Part shown: piece after piece, positions 63,172 through 64,000 of the stretch
Layout: the number at the start of each line of letters is the position of its first letter
Numbering within the stretch: the first letter of the stretch is position 1
Assembly: GCF_009914755.1 (NCBI RefSeq)
Contig: NC_060941.1
DNA from: the human T2T-CHM13v2.0 reference genome, Homo sapiens
Reading direction: 5' to 3' (one strand)
Length of the DNA stretch: 64,000 bases
Translations under genes and position numbers: made by a program
Notes under the pieces: model-generated
Told to the model about the DNA's origin: nothing
The model's database searches: none
Seen by the model: only the letters and a program-made list of their open reading frames with translations

Positions 63172-63435
63172 TTCAAATGAAAGCTGAAACTGTCATTGTG
63201 CTTTTTCCACCTCAGTCTCATGAGCAGCTTTACCAAAAAGTGTCCCAATGGATGGCTTTGAAAAACATAAAAGCTTCATAGACAGTTCAGTGATCACTGC
63301 CTTGTGAGAAGTCCCTAGACTTGGTTTTTATGTAGCTTTTCATTTCATTGAACTCAACATTTTCCAAACTGATTTGACTAAAGAATTCTTTACTCCTTTC
63401 AAATGCTCTTGGTGCTGCCTCATTATGCCCCAGCA

Positions 63436-63491
63436 TTTTTTCTTTTTTCCCAAAGTGCTGGGGTTACAGGCATGAACCACCACCCCCAGCC
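63436..63491 (-). mobile_element. Alu 5' remnant (~45 bp) abutting a T tract
   Basis: tcccaaagtgctggggttacaggcatgaaccaccacccccagcc. Confidence 0.8.
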
Positions 63492-63656
63492 TAATAATTC
63501 TGTTCTATAAAAGTGAGGGTTGTGGCCACAGTATTTTACAGCAAGAATGCTCCTCCTGGAAAGCTGTGTGCCCTAAGGAAGGAGGTAACTTATTCCAGAA
63601 GGGAGGGTGTGAGGGAAACAGTGGCAAGATTCTCCTGTTCCTGATGCACGAAGGCA

Positions 63657-63832
63657 TTACTTCTCAGAGTGTGGTCCCCAAAACAGCGGCATCCGCATCA
63701 CCAGGAGACTTGATAGAAGTGCAGACTCTTGAGCCCTGTCCTGGATCTTCTGAATCAGAAACTCTGGGAGTGGGGCCCAGCACCTGTTTTAAGCTCTCCT
63801 GGCTATGCTGAGGCACTCTCAGGTTTGAGATC
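63657..63832 (+). mobile_element. MER5A
   Basis: ttctcagagtgtggtcccc...tgaatcagaaactctgggagtggggcccagca. Confidence 0.8.
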
Positions 63833-64000
63833 TGGGGTAAGAGGGAGGGAATGGAGCTAGACTCCACTCTTCGGAGGAAGAATGCTGAAGCCCTGAACAT
63901 AAATTGTGGGTAGAGCTGGGCGCCTAAGAGGTTTTCATTGAAGTCACCTGAATAAACTGAGCTTAGTTGTTCCTCCATTTACACTAAGGCAGTGGTTCTC

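Overview
Primate, very probably human, non-coding genomic DNA. It is dense in transposable elements: about 25 Alu copies or fragments of J, S and Y age, old L1M fragments mostly on the minus strand, three L1PA 3' ends, L2, MIR, LTR16/MLT1/MER21/MER66 LTRs, and MER30/MER20/MER5 hAT elements. I could not support any protein-coding gene, tRNA, rRNA, CpG island or CRISPR array. Most of the ORF track is Alu/L1/LTR read-through or chance ORFs with non-ATG starts. I cannot name the locus. The most interesting signals are structural. (1) Two short, young local copies (214 bp at 96% identity, 72 bp at 92%) of pieces of the 22.9-23.7 kb region lie at 21.0-21.8 kb in permuted order (A-B...B'-A'). One donor piece starts exactly at a splice acceptor, and the donor region is bracketed by inverted Alus. 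(2) An Alu has an inverted 5' end inside a single TSD, resembling twin priming. (3) Two old/young chimeric Alus occur, one with a perfect AluYa5-type 3' end. (4) There is a candidate minus-strand TATA promoter with spliced non-coding exons at 17.5-18.6 kb. I found no convincing new multi-gene system. Subfamily names are by-eye matches to remembered consensus sequences, and boundaries of old elements are approximate.
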